From: Lama guanicoe | Taxonomy: Eukaryota | Assembly: GCA_013239625.1 (NCBI GenBank) | Contig: PNXV01005434.1 | Coordinates: 1 to 64,000, forward strand | Length of the DNA: 64,000 bases | Direction of reading: 5' to 3' | In this document: positions 1 to 13,002 of the stretch, one piece after another | Numbering within the stretch: position 1 is the stretch's first letter | How the letters are laid out: every line of letters begins with the position of its first letter | Translations under genes and position numbers: made by a program | Notes under the pieces: generated by a model | What the model saw: only the letters and a program-made list of their open reading frames with translations | What the model was told of the DNA's origin: nothing | Database searches by the model: none

Positions 1-636
1 AGACTATCCAATATTCCAGTATCAACTGGATACATTTTCTAAATGGGCTGATATAGTGTGGACTCAGGATCCTATATAATTTCGTATGATTTTCTAATAA
101 GTGTCTATTTGGTGATGGTTATACATTTAGCACAAGCAACCAGATGCCTTCCAGACAACTGAGTAGACTACAAGCACCCAAATGTTTTCAGGTTTCATAG
201 AATCAGCAAACAGCTTATGCAGTCAGCAATTAATTTGTGAATTATCATCTTCCTGACCTCAAATAGTCAGGAGTCACTGCTGAGGAATTACCCTCTGCAG
301 GGGAGGAGGAGGACTGCTCAGCAAGCAGTAACTCTACAGGAATGTCAGAAACCAAGGGTTGGTTCCATGGATTTCTATACAAGAATTAAGTATACATGGT
401 TTGTGTTCCTATTTATAGTATAAGTGTGTTTTTTTCCTTTTCTTCTGTTATCCATGGAAAACTTGTAGATCAAATATTTATAAGAAAGTAAAGTAGATAT
501 ATTGTCCATTAAGTGATTATTTAATTAATTTGTTTTGGACATGAATAACTAGGAGTCAGCTGACATCATGGAAACATTTGCTATTTCACTGAAATTTGCA
601 TAAGCCTCCGATATCTTCAAATGGAAAGTAAATCCT

Positions 637-746
637 AAAATGTATAGAAAGTTTATACTTTATACTTATAGAAAGTATATATACTTATAGAAAGTATAAA
701 GTATAAACTTTCTATAAGTTTAAAGTATAAACTTTCTATACATTTT
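637..746. repeat. AT-rich nested inverted repeat (hairpin/cruciform potential)
   Basis: 637-662 AAAATGTATAGAAAGTTTATACTTTA is the exact rc of 721-746; 643-667 is the exact rc of 692-716. Confidence 0.9.
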
Positions 747-2211
747 CGGAGTCATGTATCAATCATCGAAAGCATTGGTGTGTGGCAGAGTCTATTAGAA
801 GTTTAGATGACAAACCCATCTCAATAGAATTCCAAAATATAGATCTGATTATTGGACAACCACGATCTCTCATCATTTTCTGTTACTCATGTTGATTAGG
901 AAAATTCTTCCCTAAAGTGTTTTTTGACTTCCAATCCTCTTAGCACAAATATTTAGTCACTGTCCTTTACTCAACCCTGGGTTTAAAAAATATAGTGATT
1001 TTGGGGTGAAATGAATATAATTCTAGTGACAGTGTATTTTTCTTACAAACTTTGCTTTTTGTTTGCTTATAAGACACATAGCTGATTATTCACTCAGCAA
1101 TATTTATTGAAACCCACAATGTGGTAAGCATGGTGTTAGGTTTGAGGGCTCAGTGGTTACAGAATTTTGTCATTACGTTTATGAGACAAACTTACCTGGA
1201 GAGAGATAGAAGAGGAATGTCAAGTCTCCTGGGATGTTTGCTAACTGCGCATTCCTTTTAAATACCTCCTTACAAAGTTCTACCACGTTTGAATGTCTGC
1301 AGTGTGATGGGGGGATGTTACTGGTTGAAATGTGGCCAATATTTATGTGAACTGTGCCAAAGTGATGTATCTAAGGCAAATATCCTATATTATTAACTGG
1401 GAAACAGAAGTTTCCTGGGTGACAATCTGCATTTACAATGAAAGACAGATTATAGGTAACAATGGTTTAGAGTCAGATTTAATTATTAGTCTCCATATTC
1501 AAGTCCAATGTCTCTGAGACAAGTTCTTTTGAAATGTTAAACAGCTTAGAGTGCTAAATGACGTTTTCTATATTTGACATGTGTTCGTGAAAACAAAATC
1601 TATTGTGGATTTTAACTCAAAAAAGCTGAGAATCAGGAATTTAATAAACAACTCTTGACTAAATGTTGAAGAGGCAAGTAAAGTAAATCTGAAACTCAAA
1701 TGAAGAAATTTCTGCTAAACAAATATATTCAAAACTCTATTTATACTGGCTTATAGACAGTAGATTGGAAATATTTCTCATGCCAATTATTCAGCTAGGT
1801 ATGGATTATAATTCACAGGAAATACTCCTCAACATTTGGAAACCCAGTAACTACAAGAACATTTTAATGAACAATGCAGAAAAATAGATTTTGATTATTA
1901 GGGAAAAAGAGAGTTATAAGACACAGCTCAGGTATAAACCGGACAATTGCTCATTATTTTTAAACCCATCCTGATGTGTTTTCATTGTAATTCCTGAAAG
2001 AAGCCTTTTAACATTTAGTTCACACAACAATAGTACAAACAGTTTCATTACTTATAATTTACTTAGATATCAATCCCTACTTAAATATTCATTTTAACAG
2101 TTTGAACAAACACAGTTTATCTCAGATAAAAAAAAGCATTTTTTCCCTACAAGTGTGTTAATTAGGGAATTGGTCAGTATTTATTATGCAGCAGTAAAAC
2201 ACATACACATA

Positions 2212-2868
2212 TGTTGCATCCAGCGCAGCTCAGGACCATGTCTGAGGATGGCGATGCAAGACTTAAGAAACAAAGAGACAAAGTAAAGAGCAAGGTGGGA
2301 CCAGGGGACTCAAAATCTTGTGGATTGAGAGTCCCCAAATGCCTGGTCAACATCATATTTATCAGGAGTAAACAGCTCAGAAAAAATGCGATCAAAGAGG
2401 TGGGGCTTTAGATATCCCACGCGATAAGCACCAAGTTCTGCTTGCTGTTTAACTGAGTAATTTCAGGCCCATCCCTTCCAGGAACAATCACCCTTCTTGG
2501 GGTATGCAAAAGTTCTAAATCTATCCTGTTGTTGCCTCCGGGACATCTTGAGATAGCAAATATGTCCCCTGGGCTTAACCGCATGCTTTCATGCCAGAAC
2601 AAAGTTCTGTTAATGGATGATCTGGCCTTTCAGGACTGTCCATTGTTTTACCCTAAGGAAACATCTGCTTTCTTTCATGCCCTTATAGTCAATCTCAGGA
2701 TAGCTCACCTGAAATTTTCTTTAGCATAATATGTGCTATAGGTCATCTACTGCGTAAACATTAAAACAAAGCAAGCATGTGCATATTAAGCAAGCAAGTG
2801 TGAGTATAATATTTTAAGCTCATGGAAATTTAGGTGTGGCTTGTTTTCCAGCAGCTTGTTTCCCAACA
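2212..2868 (-). mobile_element. Solo LTR, probably ERV1 class
   Basis: TGTTG...CAACA termini and a 4-bp TSD CATA (2208-2211, 2869-2872). Absent from the paralogous site in the right arm (~20605-20620). Orientation is tentative. Confidence 0.8.
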
Positions 2869-2949
2869 CATATTACATATACCTACATGAATACATACAT
2901 ACATATATATAATGGATTTTTTTTCTCTATGAAGAAAATAAAAGCTTTA

Positions 2950-3127
2950 GGGAGAGGTTGCAGCCCTACTGGTAGAGGGCATGCTTAGCTTTCAAGAGGT
3001 CCTGGGTTCAATCCCTAGTACCTCCATTAAAAAATAAACAAATAAATAAGTAAACTTAATTACCCCCCAGCCAAAAATAAAAATTAAAAAAAGTCACATG
3101 ATGTTAAAAAAAAAAAACAAGAAAAGG
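2950..3127 (+). mobile_element. tRNA-derived SINE (camelid Vic-1-like)
   Basis: A-box-like TGGTAGAG, B-box GGTTCAATCC, A-rich tail, and TSD AAAGCTTTA at 2941-2949 and 3128-3136. Confidence 0.8.
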
Positions 3128-4675
3128 AAAGCTTTAAATTTTCTGCCTCCTCAACAAATTTCTCTCTAATCTCTAGTCACTAAAAATAGGTTGTGTGTCT
3201 ATGCACATATCCCAGTGGTCCTCTTCCAACCAAGAGCTGGAAGGTGAGTCCTTCTGTAACACAGAAAGAAATGTGTTGAGATCCCTTCTTTGTTAAGAAC
3301 TTAACTCTGCACATGAGTATTCAACCGCTGAGACGCAGGCAATAAAGCACCTTCTAGTGTCACAAGTTCTTTGCTATCAAGAATCAGGCCCAACCCACCT
3401 CCACATCCCCTCTGCTTAACCCAGAGCTAGACCTGGAGTAGTCACTCCACGCACGTGTGTTCAGTCAGTGAAGAAGGGGTCACTGCACAAAAGGCTGAGA
3501 GAAATACATTCCCTGTTACGTGGTACTCACTCTTCCCATCCTCATGCCTTCTTCTGTGATTCCTCAGTTCTTTAGTTGAGATGAGGAAGTGTTTCTTAGA
3601 AGGAAACCTAAAAACTACTGAACACACACTCAACAGTGTGGTTTTTAATATTCAGGTCTGGATACTGAAGCATTAGGATATAATTAAAAAAAATTTTTTT
3701 TAAAGGAAACTCTCCATTGTAAACATGGGAATCCCAGGGCTGTGGGTTAATCTTAGTTCTTGATTTCTTTTTTCTTTCATTTGTTTGCTCAAAACTGTGT
3801 ACAGAGTTAGCTATATCCATATATAAACAAGGATGGTTTTCCAGAATAACTGGAAGAAGGATTTTCTGGACTGAGAAGGGATAACAGAGTAGCTTTCCAG
3901 CTTCACTGGCTCTAAGGCCTCCTCTTTTGCTATGGGAACAGCTCAAAGTAGCACTTTTTCTTTGAGGCCACTCTTGTGAGTCAGAGCTAAGTCTCTTTCT
4001 AGAAGATGTCTGGCTCCCTGTTATGGTCCTAGAGTTGATTTGCACAATATTTTCTCTCAGTCCATAGGTTGTCTTTTTGTTTTGTTTATGGTTTCCTTCC
4101 CATTATGGTGGTTACTAGCTCCCTAGAAGAAAGGTGAGCCTTCCCCTCATCATGCGTGAGACATGGCAACAAATGATTGTTTTCCACAAAACTTTTCTCC
4201 TGCTTTTAAAGTTCTGAATCCAGGCTGATGCTGCAACGTCAGTATGGTAAGCACATATGTGCCATTTTATAGGTCTCAGAATAATAAAAGTATTGGGTGG
4301 TACCTATGACCTCAAGTAACATAACCCCCAGTTATAACATGGTTTATATGTATGCATCAGTTTTTGTCTGTTTTTGAGCTTTACTTAAAAGTATAGATGA
4401 CACTAGTATATTAGAACAAATAAAAGAGTCTGGTTGAAGACTCATCCTTATTGCGTCTGAGAGAAATCATTGATGGAAACCTGTGGTTCAGTTAAGTACA
4501 AAGTAGGGCAGCCTGATGTTTTAAGTTATGGATTATAGCCAGGCTACACCATATAGCTAACTCTAGGTCCACGTATAGGAGACTGACACCATCCAACAGA
4601 CTAGCCTGTAAACCCAAACATTGGCAATAACAACAAACTCTTAGAAACCTGGATTTCTAGAAGTTCTCTTTCTGA

Positions 4676-5620
4676 TCAGTACCTAGTCCCCAATAATATC
4701 TTGTGTAGCTTCTTACGAATCTCCTTAGTCTTGATGGAATAGATAATTGGGTTGAGCATTGGAGGCACAAAGAGATATACCAGGGACATGAACTTGTGCA
4801 CATACTCAGGGGCATGCTTCCCGAATCGATGGACCATGGACACACTAACCATGGGCACATAGAAAATGAGTACAGCACAGATGTGTGACACACATGTGTT
4901 GAGTGTCTTCAGCCTCTCCTCCTGGGAGGCAATGGCCAGCACAGAGTGCAGTATGAGTGCATAGGAGAGGAGGATGAGCACTGAGTCTACCCCAAAAGCA
5001 GAGATGACAATGAACAGGCCATACGTGCTGTTGATGGTGGTATCTCCACAGGGCAGGCGGATCAGGTCTGGGTGCAAGCAGTAGGAATGGGTCAGCATGT
5101 TGTCTTTACAGAAGGGCAGCCTCTTCAGAAGGAAAGGCAATGGGAAGACCATGCAGAAGCTGCGGATGATGATGGATATGCCCATGTGAGCCACACGGGT
5201 GTCAGTGAGCACTGTAGAATAATGCAGGGGGTTACAGATGGCCACATAGCGGTCAACACTCATGGCCAGCAAGATCCCAGACTCTGTCCAGGAGAAAAAG
5301 TGGATGAAGAACATCTGGGTCAGGCAGGCATCAAAGGCAGTCTCTGGTACATGAAAGCACAAAGTAGCCAGTATCGTAGGCAACGTAGAAAAGGACACAC
5401 CCAGGTCATTGACAGACAGCAGAGACAGGAAGTAGTACATTGGCTGGTGCAAACTCTGCTCCTCCTTTATGATGAAGAGAATGAGGATGTTGCCCAGGAT
5501 GGAGATAGCATAAAGCAGCAAGAGGAAGGCAGCTAACCAGTGCTCCAGTCCCTCCACCTCTGGGAAGCCTGTTAGTGTGAAGCTGGTAGTGCTCGTGATG
5601 TTGGTTCCAAAATTTCCCAT
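4676..5620 (-). CDS. Class I olfactory receptor, family 51 (OR51I-related), intact, 314 aa
   Basis: ATG at 5620 (MGNFGTNITS, N-glycosylation sequon); motifs LHQPMYYFL, MSVDRYVAIC, HSYCLHPD, KTLNTCVSH, PPMLNPIIY. The longer ORF call starts at a non-ATG codon. Confidence 0.93.
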   Translation of the reverse strand: MGNFGTNITSTTSFTLTGFPEVEGLEHWLAAFLLLLYAISILGNILILFIIKEEQSLHQPMYYFLSLLSVNDLGVSFSTLPTILATLCFHVPETAFDACLTQMFFIHFFSWTESGILLAMSVDRYVAICNPLHYSTVLTDTRVAHMGISIIIRSFCMVFPLPFLLKRLPFCKDNMLTHSYCLHPDLIRLPCGDTTINSTYGLFIVISAFGVDSVLILLSYALILHSVLAIASQEERLKTLNTCVSHICAVLIFYVPMVSVSMVHRFGKHAPEYVHKFMSLVYLFVPPMLNPIIYSIKTKEIRKKLHKILLGTRY

Positions 5621-6267
5621 GAGGGTCCCTGAGTAGCTTTTGGGGAAATACAACCAGAGTAAAATGAGGTCAGACAGTGGAAGGATTGGTCACTGTCCAG
5701 GATGGAAGGGACATATTACTTACATTTCATACCAAAGATCATGAAAGATTAGGAAGGAGAAGGCTGGGGGATCATCAGTTAGATCTCAGGCCTTCTGCAG
5801 TCTCATCATATCTGCAGATGGGGTGTAGGTTCCAATCCCTTCCCCACAAAATCCTTTGACTCTTGTTTTGGACAAGATATCTTATTTTTCCTGTCTCAGT
5901 ATTCTTGGCAAAATTACTCAAATTTGTCTCCAATATCAGAAAATGATTTGCCCTTTCTATCTACCAATTCTAGCCATCATCTTCTTCAAGAAGTGAGGTA
6001 CGATATGACCTCCACAAGGTCTTTCCTTCATCTCTTCACTTACTAATGCATTCCCGTGTGTGCAGGTGATGACACTTCTGTCTGTACTCTGGGCTGTGTC
6101 CCCTCTCTTGCCTGCAGCTGAGCATCACTCCAGCTCTTTATCCTCTCTTTGTTGCTTGAGTTCCTCACTTATTCACCAAGTGTCCAGACTCTCATGCTCC
6201 TCCACTCTTGATTGCTCTTGGTTTTTCTCTCTTGAATGTTCTTATTTTTCCCTCTGTTTAGATTAAG

Positions 6268-6441
6268 TATTCTTAAACTGTGCTGTATGTTCGATTCACT
6301 TGAAGATCTTTAAAATAAAATCTCCTTTTCCTGGACCACACTCATACCATAAATCAGAATCTCTAGCAGTGGGAGTCAAAAATCAATATTTTTTTAAAGA
6401 AACTTCCGAGACAATTTCAATAGGCAGCCAAGTTTGAGAGT
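6268..6441. mobile_element. MER5-like hAT DNA transposon remnant
   Basis: TTCTTAAACT...AATCAGAATCTCT...GCAGCCAAGTTTGAGA resembles the MER5 consensus as recalled. Confidence 0.55.
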
Positions 6442-8155
6442 GAGGGATTTAGATCACTCTTATCAGTTTTGTATGTTGTACCTACACCAATTTTTTCCTT
6501 ATTGAGGATCAATTTCAAAGAAGACAAATAACAACAAAAAAAACCCTCTTATTGTCCCACATATTCTTCTAGTAATCACTCATTCCTCTGCTCTCTTTCA
6601 TAACCAGTATCTTCAAGATTATTTTCCACTCATAATGTTCTTACCTCTCCTCTGTACATCAGTTATCCCAAATTTATGTCACTAGCTCAGATTTCTCTTC
6701 AGTGGCTATAGAGTCAACCCACCTGACTCCTTATTGGGCTGTCAATTAGAATAGCTCATCAGCATCTCAAACACAACATGCAAAGTTGAACTTCTGTTAA
6801 TCATCATACTTGATCCTCTGCAATATTACTTATCTCATGAAAATCCATCGGCATTTATCCATGCACTTAAGCCAGAAAAACTTAGGAGGAATCTCTACAC
6901 TCTTCCACTCTCAGGTCTAATTAACCTATTACTGGCTTTCCAAAATATGCTTAACACCGGTTCTCCTCTCTGTCTCACTTCCAGCTAATCCATCAGTCCC
7001 ATCTATCTCACTACTCTGTCCCTCAGCATCTTTCCCCAGGATGTCTGCAGAACCTCTCTTGCTGCTCACCCAGCTCAGTGTCATGCCTCTCTCTAATCCA
7101 TTCTTCACGAAGCAGCCAAATCATTTGTTAATAATATAAATAAAATGATATTACACTCCTATGGAAAACCTTTCAGTGGTTTCCTTTCTCTTTTAAAACA
7201 AGAATTCAAGTGAAAATTCGAACAGTTTTACTATGGCATGCAGCAGCATATGCACTACCTTGGAACACATAATCTTCCAGTGATTCCAATCATCGGTTAC
7301 TTCTCTGCTCGTGGTTGTATGTCTCTGTTATGCATCCTCACACATACTTCATGAATCTTATCATACTTTAGAATCACAGTTAATTATTTTATATCTGTTT
7401 GATCATTTGATTAGTATCTTTCTCCCCCAGTGAATTACAGGATCCCATAATCATCTTTTTCTTCTTATTTTATCCTCAATGCTTAGCCAAGTCTCTGGGC
7501 GTAGATTAGGATTAGGATTCAGAGATTACTGCTTCTCATTCTTATTGATTAAATGGATAAATAAACTATCTTAGGGAGAATGTATTATGACCCACATTTT
7601 GAAGTGTAAAATAAATTCAGGTAATGTAAATAATTCTCCTAAAATCTAATTACTGTTTTTATCTAAGCTTTAGCACCTGCCAGCTATGAATTTAATTTAC
7701 TTCTTTATACTTTATTTTTACAGCTATTGTATAGCAAAGTACAGAGTAAAACATTTAAAATTCATATTCAGGACTCTTGTGCAAGATATGTACTAAATAA
7801 ATGGTAACTGATGAAGAGGAACATTTAGGGGCTGAGGTTCCCTGGTCCTCTGCGTTACCACTCTCAGTTTCCCGAACAAAATCTCTCCTTTTATCTTGGC
7901 TGTGTATCCACCCTGCAGTGAGAATACTAGAGTACAAGTTAAACACACAGAAGCAACTGCACCAAACAACAACTGGGGGATCTCAGGCACTGAGGGCTAC
8001 AGATGAGGAATATTGGTCTGAGGGCAGAAGTGGAATGAAGAGAAAATCTCTAAACTTAGATCACAGACAGGTAAGTGTACCTTAAATCACTTTAGGATTT
8101 TGAAGCTATAAATGTGATTCCTATAGACCTCTGTGAAGGGAGAGCTGAAGCCCCA

Positions 8156-8345
8156 ACTTACCTCCCCAGGGCAGCTCTAGTGATGAGAGGAGAGGTGAAG
8201 GGTCTCTTAGGGAGAAACATGGAGGACTCTGCACACAACCTCCCAGCCAGCCTCTTCCTTTGAGCTATAAAGCTTCATCTTAAGGATCCCCTGGGCCCAG
8301 TAAGTTTCAGGACTTAGCGAGGTGGCTGGGGCAGCAGGGAATGTG
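8156..8345 (-). promoter_or_regulatory. Predicted promoter and non-coding first exon of the 4676-5620 OR
   Basis: On the minus strand: O/E (EBF)-like CCCAGGGGA (~8286-8294), TATA-like CTTTATAG (~8265-8272), donor GAG|GTAAGT (8156-8161). Homologous to 11127-11303. Candidate acceptor near 5693. Confidence 0.65.
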
Positions 8346-11101
8346 AAAACTCTTGAGTGGACGGCTCCTCTGTGTCCTTTCACTTCTCCCCCTTACACGC
8401 TTCAGAGATTTGAGTTATAACTGTGTTGTGCATCATTATATAGAAGAGGAACTAAGAGAATCCATTCAATTAGTCAGAAAACAACTATACTGAATCCCAG
8501 ACCTGATTGCCAAGTTAGAGATCTTTCTATGAATTATGTCACAACCCAAAGAGATTTCAAGAAACAAAACAACATAACCACTAAGAGCTTAAATAATTAT
8601 AGTCAGCAAGTAGGTGACTATCTTGGTCTGCCTGGAACTGTGCTAGTTTAGCACTGAAGGGCCTGCACAGGGGACAAACCCTCTGTAGCTGCAAACTGGG
8701 ATAGTTTGTCACCCTTTGCCCAGATCTGGGTTCAAAACCATCACCTTCCCTGTCTCAGTGTCCTTAAGAAAATTACTTAGTTTGCTCAAATTCCAAATCC
8801 CTCATTTGTAAAATTGGAGCACAAATGCCCATAATGATCCAGTTGACCATGAAACTCAATACTACATGGTAAGCCATCATGAACCAGAACTCCAATGACT
8901 TGCCAGTTTTCCATTTGTCAGGAAATAATTTGAGAAGATGGGATAGCCAATTGGCTCTGGGAATCCTGAGGGCTGTGTGGGCAGGCTGAGTCCCAAGATA
9001 CTAATTCAAAGGTCTTAAAATTAAGAGAGTCTCTGGACCATCTTGTATCACACCCAAATTGTGGAATGAGGAAATTAAGACTTTAAGGCGTAAGAGGCTT
9101 GCTGACATCCACCATGAAGTTGCTAACAAAGTCAAGACTTGCGCATAATTATTCCTGATTCACACCCCAAGGTCTATCTCCGCTGTCAGCGCCATCTCTT
9201 ATTACCAGGGATTTGGATGGGAGAGAAGTGACGCTGATTTTTGTTGAGCACCTGCAAAGTGTCTGTGACCATGCTAGGTTTTTTGATATAGATTAACTTA
9301 TTTAATCATCAGAGAAAACCTGATGAATACATTTTATAATGCCTCAAATCAGCATTGGAGTTTTCAGTAGGCAGACCGAACATACAGAATTAAAGCCACA
9401 GAGAAACACACAAAAAACCTATGTTTAGTACATTTAGATAACATTTTTTAAAAACATCAAAACATCAACATCTTCTTCATGAGAAGACTAGAAATGTGTT
9501 GGACTTTACAACATTTATTTTAGGGTTTCATTTTTTAATTGTTTTTAAATTTCTATAGAGGAACACCAAAGTCTTATTTAATGTTCACAGAATCCTTATC
9601 AGCTATATTTACTGTCTTCTTTTTACAAATGAGATATCTGAGATTCAGGGAGTTTAAGACACTTGCCAAGATCATTGCCAAAGTTATTAGAGAAACCAAG
9701 ATTCCAATCTGGATGATAAATCATAATTATAAACATATACTACACATGCATGCATGCACACAAGCACAGCCACCCTTTGGAAGAGGAGATTAGAGCAAAG
9801 AAAAAAGAGACTTGAAGGACAGCATCCATCAAGCAGTTATAAGAAGACATGACTGGCCCACTAAGCACCGGAGACTACAGGGTTAATGTTTTAGGGTTTT
9901 GGGGAAAGATGCTTGTCCATCAGAATTTAAGACATAAAGTTTTGAATTTTATGATTATGCCCTTTACCTCTTTCTCTTTATTCACCTCATATGTAACTAT
10001 GGTTGTCTCTTACCAGGTAGGTAGGATGTGCTATTCAAGTTGGGAAGAAAATTTTTGCCCATGTAATAATTCTATTTCTCATTGTTAATTAATAACATTG
10101 TGCACGTATGTCATTGTCTTGGTTTGTGGGAGTTCATCCCTGAGAGAGAACCACACAGAAGGGAGTCTGAGGTAGAAGAATGAAGAGGATAGGCCTCCTC
10201 TCTGCTCTCACAGGGATCAGGACAAGAGACTAAACAAATCATTTCCTGTGTCAGTCTGCCTCAGGAAAGACATTTGGACAGCTATAAATAGGAAACATCA
10301 GGAAGAGTAGTTTTGATTGGGTCTTGAAGGATAAATTAGAGATGTTCAGGGGAAGAGAGACGAGAGCTCAACAAATAAGTGTCGGAGTGAACTCTACTTG
10401 CAGAAATAATTATGTCCTTTCAGTGTTACCTCCTAAACATCTGTTTAATCGACTTCTTCCCATTCCCAGTGACTCTCTAATCAGAATATCAATATGTCAA
10501 CCTTAGATCATTACGCTAGTGTCCTTACTGATCTCCCTACATTATTCAGCCCGTTTCCTATTTACTTTACAAATTACAGAAATATTTTAAGTAAAATTTC
10601 GTCGTATTATTTCCATTTCCAATATAATCAAATCCAACTTTCACATGGCCCAGAGGACCCTGAGTAATAAGACAACTTCCTTTTTTTCTAACTTTATCTT
10701 GAGCCATTTGTTCTTTCTGTTGCAACCACAAAGATTTTTCAGTTCCGTGAATATGCAAAGTTGACCCCTCCCATGTGGCCTTCACAAGTGCTGCTCCCCA
10801 AGTCTTGGAAGTTTCTCCTTACTCCCCTTCCCTTCATTTGGCTGGATCCTTATCCAGTATCTGCTAGCTTAAATTGCCCCACGGAGGATTCCCCTAACCT
10901 CCTAACCTAAATAAATGCTTCTATTACATTCTCCGTTGATCTTTAACAAGCTATAAAATTGAGATGTCTCTTCTCCTTCCTAGGCTCTAAGACCTTCCTA
11001 CAAAACGAGGGGCTATATACAATGTTCTTGCAGACCCCTTCCCGTTCTGATTATTTCTACTCCTGCATACCCCTATGAGCAAGGAAACACCAAGTCAGAG
11101 A

Positions 11102-11303
11102 GGGGCGGGGCACAGTAGACGCCCTTATTCCCAGCGGCCCATGAGCTCCTGAGCTGACGTAAGCTCAAGGGACTCCCTGGATGCAGCCTTATATTGCTCA
11201 GGCCAGAGAGTTGGCAGAGGTAATGGGGGGCTATGGGCAGGGCATGCAGGGCCCCGACTGCTGCCCTTCCTTCCGTGCATAGAGCTCTCTCCGGTAGGTA
11301 AGT
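11102..11303 (+). promoter_or_regulatory. Predicted promoter and non-coding first exon of the 13800-14744 OR
   Basis: GC box GGGGCGGGGC (11102-11111), CRE-like TGACGTAA (11155-11162), O/E-like CTCAAGGGA, TATA-like CTTATAT (~11188), donor TAG|GTAAGT (11298-11303). Acceptor TTTGTCTTTACAG ends at 13764. Confidence 0.65.
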
Positions 11304-12998
11304 TGGAGGGCCAGACACTCCAGACTCAGGCTCTAAAGCACTCTGACCCAGCTGAGAAATCCTGAGTGTTATAATGTGACAATCTGAAGAAGGAAAGACT
11401 GTCCCTAATTGGGGTCAGTTTTTTGGGGTTTTTTTCTGCTTATTTTCACCTTTAAAACTTACCCGATTCTTTATTTTCTATTTGTTGCTCTTGTTCTCTG
11501 AAATCCTGCCATGTCTTTGCTTCAGGCATTACTTTCTCAGCATGGAAACCCCTTCAGGCTACACTTTAGATGTAGATACCTTTGTGTGCATTTTTCAGAG
11601 TTAATCTGGTAGGAGACGGGATATTTAAAAAGACAATGGCTGCTTTAGAAGCCATTTGTCAAGATCCTATTCAGTGCTAAAAGACTCCAGTAGGTCTGCT
11701 TATCGCATACAGAGGCAAACAAAAATGTTTAGGAGGAGCCTGCAGGTAGGGAAACACAGAGATTCTATGAATATGTAATGGAGAAAAAAAAATGAATCCT
11801 GAAAAGAAAGGATAGAAGAGTCCTGATGCAGATGGAGTTAAAAAGGCAGCTGAGAGGCTGGAGGTGGGGCTTTGAAGCAGCCTTTAGAACTCCAAGTAAT
11901 ATAGTATTTGGTCTTAAGAGGTTTTGCAACTGTCCACTTTTGGATCTTCGCAACCCCATTAGCAAAGTTCCTTAGCATCTCCAATTTACAATGAAGAGAA
12001 CCCCAAACTGGAAGGGATCAGTGACTTACTGAGTGCACCTCCTGTGCTCAGCCTTGCACTAGGCAAGCAGGGGCTGAAACAATTAATAAAAGTCAGAGCT
12101 GAGTTCTTGGAGTTGGTGAGTCAGGAGGGAAGATGGGATTCGTGATTCTGTGGGAATTATTAGAGCTGCATGATAGAAAGCTATAAGGCAGAACAGGCAG
12201 AGAAAGGGGCACAAAAGAAGATGTAAACCTGTAGCTGTAGGAGTGGTGGGGCATGGAGAGAAGTTACCTCCTCTAGCAATGACCAGTCAAATTTGAATGG
12301 AGGATGGCATCACCGATCCTGGGCCCCGAAAGATGGATTGAATATATAGCCCACACATTCTGGGCAAGTCTGAGATCTGGGAGCTGTAATTCATGCTTGG
12401 ATAATAGCAAATAGACCCATCTGGATATCTGGAGGTACAAGTCTGGAAATTTTTAGAATGAGACCAGAAATATCCATTTAGTACTGGCCACAGTGGGCTT
12501 TTAATTCTAGGCCAGCGGGCTTCGATTTGACCCTCTGGTAGTAAGGGAGCATTCAAGGTTTCTAATTAGAACAGCGCCGTTTTCAGATTAGTCCTTTAAA
12601 AATATTAGTCCTACTCCAGGTTAGAAAATGAAATAGAGACGTGAGATTTATTAGGAGGGCAATATTATGGTACAAGAATGTGATTTCTTGGATCTGAAGC
12701 ATGAGACTGAGTGGAAGGAAGTGGACAAAGGCTGGCAGAGGCACTTAGGGGTCAGCATTTTCATTGATTGTTACCCCTTTTAATGTAATAGTAAAGCAAA
12801 GAGTCAAAATGATGTTTGGATTTTGAGTCTCAGTCTTAGGCATAATGATAGTATTGTTCAGAGAGATGGAGAACACTGAGAGGCAATTCCATGGTATAGA
12901 GAAATGATATTTTGGGGGGGCTGGTTTTCTCTTTTTTAGTGAAGTATAGTTGATTTACAGTGTTGTGTTAATTTCTGATTACAACTTAGTGATTCAGT

Positions 12999-13002
<4 letters not shown>

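Larger units (their letters stand above)
1..4095. repeat. Left arm of inverted segmental duplication (partner 19398-23460); probably extends beyond the window start
   Basis: Bases 1-48 are the exact reverse complement of 23413-23460. Colinear reverse-complement similarity continues to ~4095/19398, and 3471-3673 is identical to rc(19835-20037). Confidence 0.95.

Noticed and set aside
2950..3030. tRNA-like A/B boxes
   Set aside because: SINE head with tail and TSD, present in several copies; not a tRNA gene.
5072..5536. Antisense and alternate-frame ORFs over OR and ubiquilin genes (also 14070-14348, 56562-57062, 63549-63904)
   Set aside because: Shadow ORFs caused by codon bias of the real CDS; their similarity to each other only reflects paralogy.
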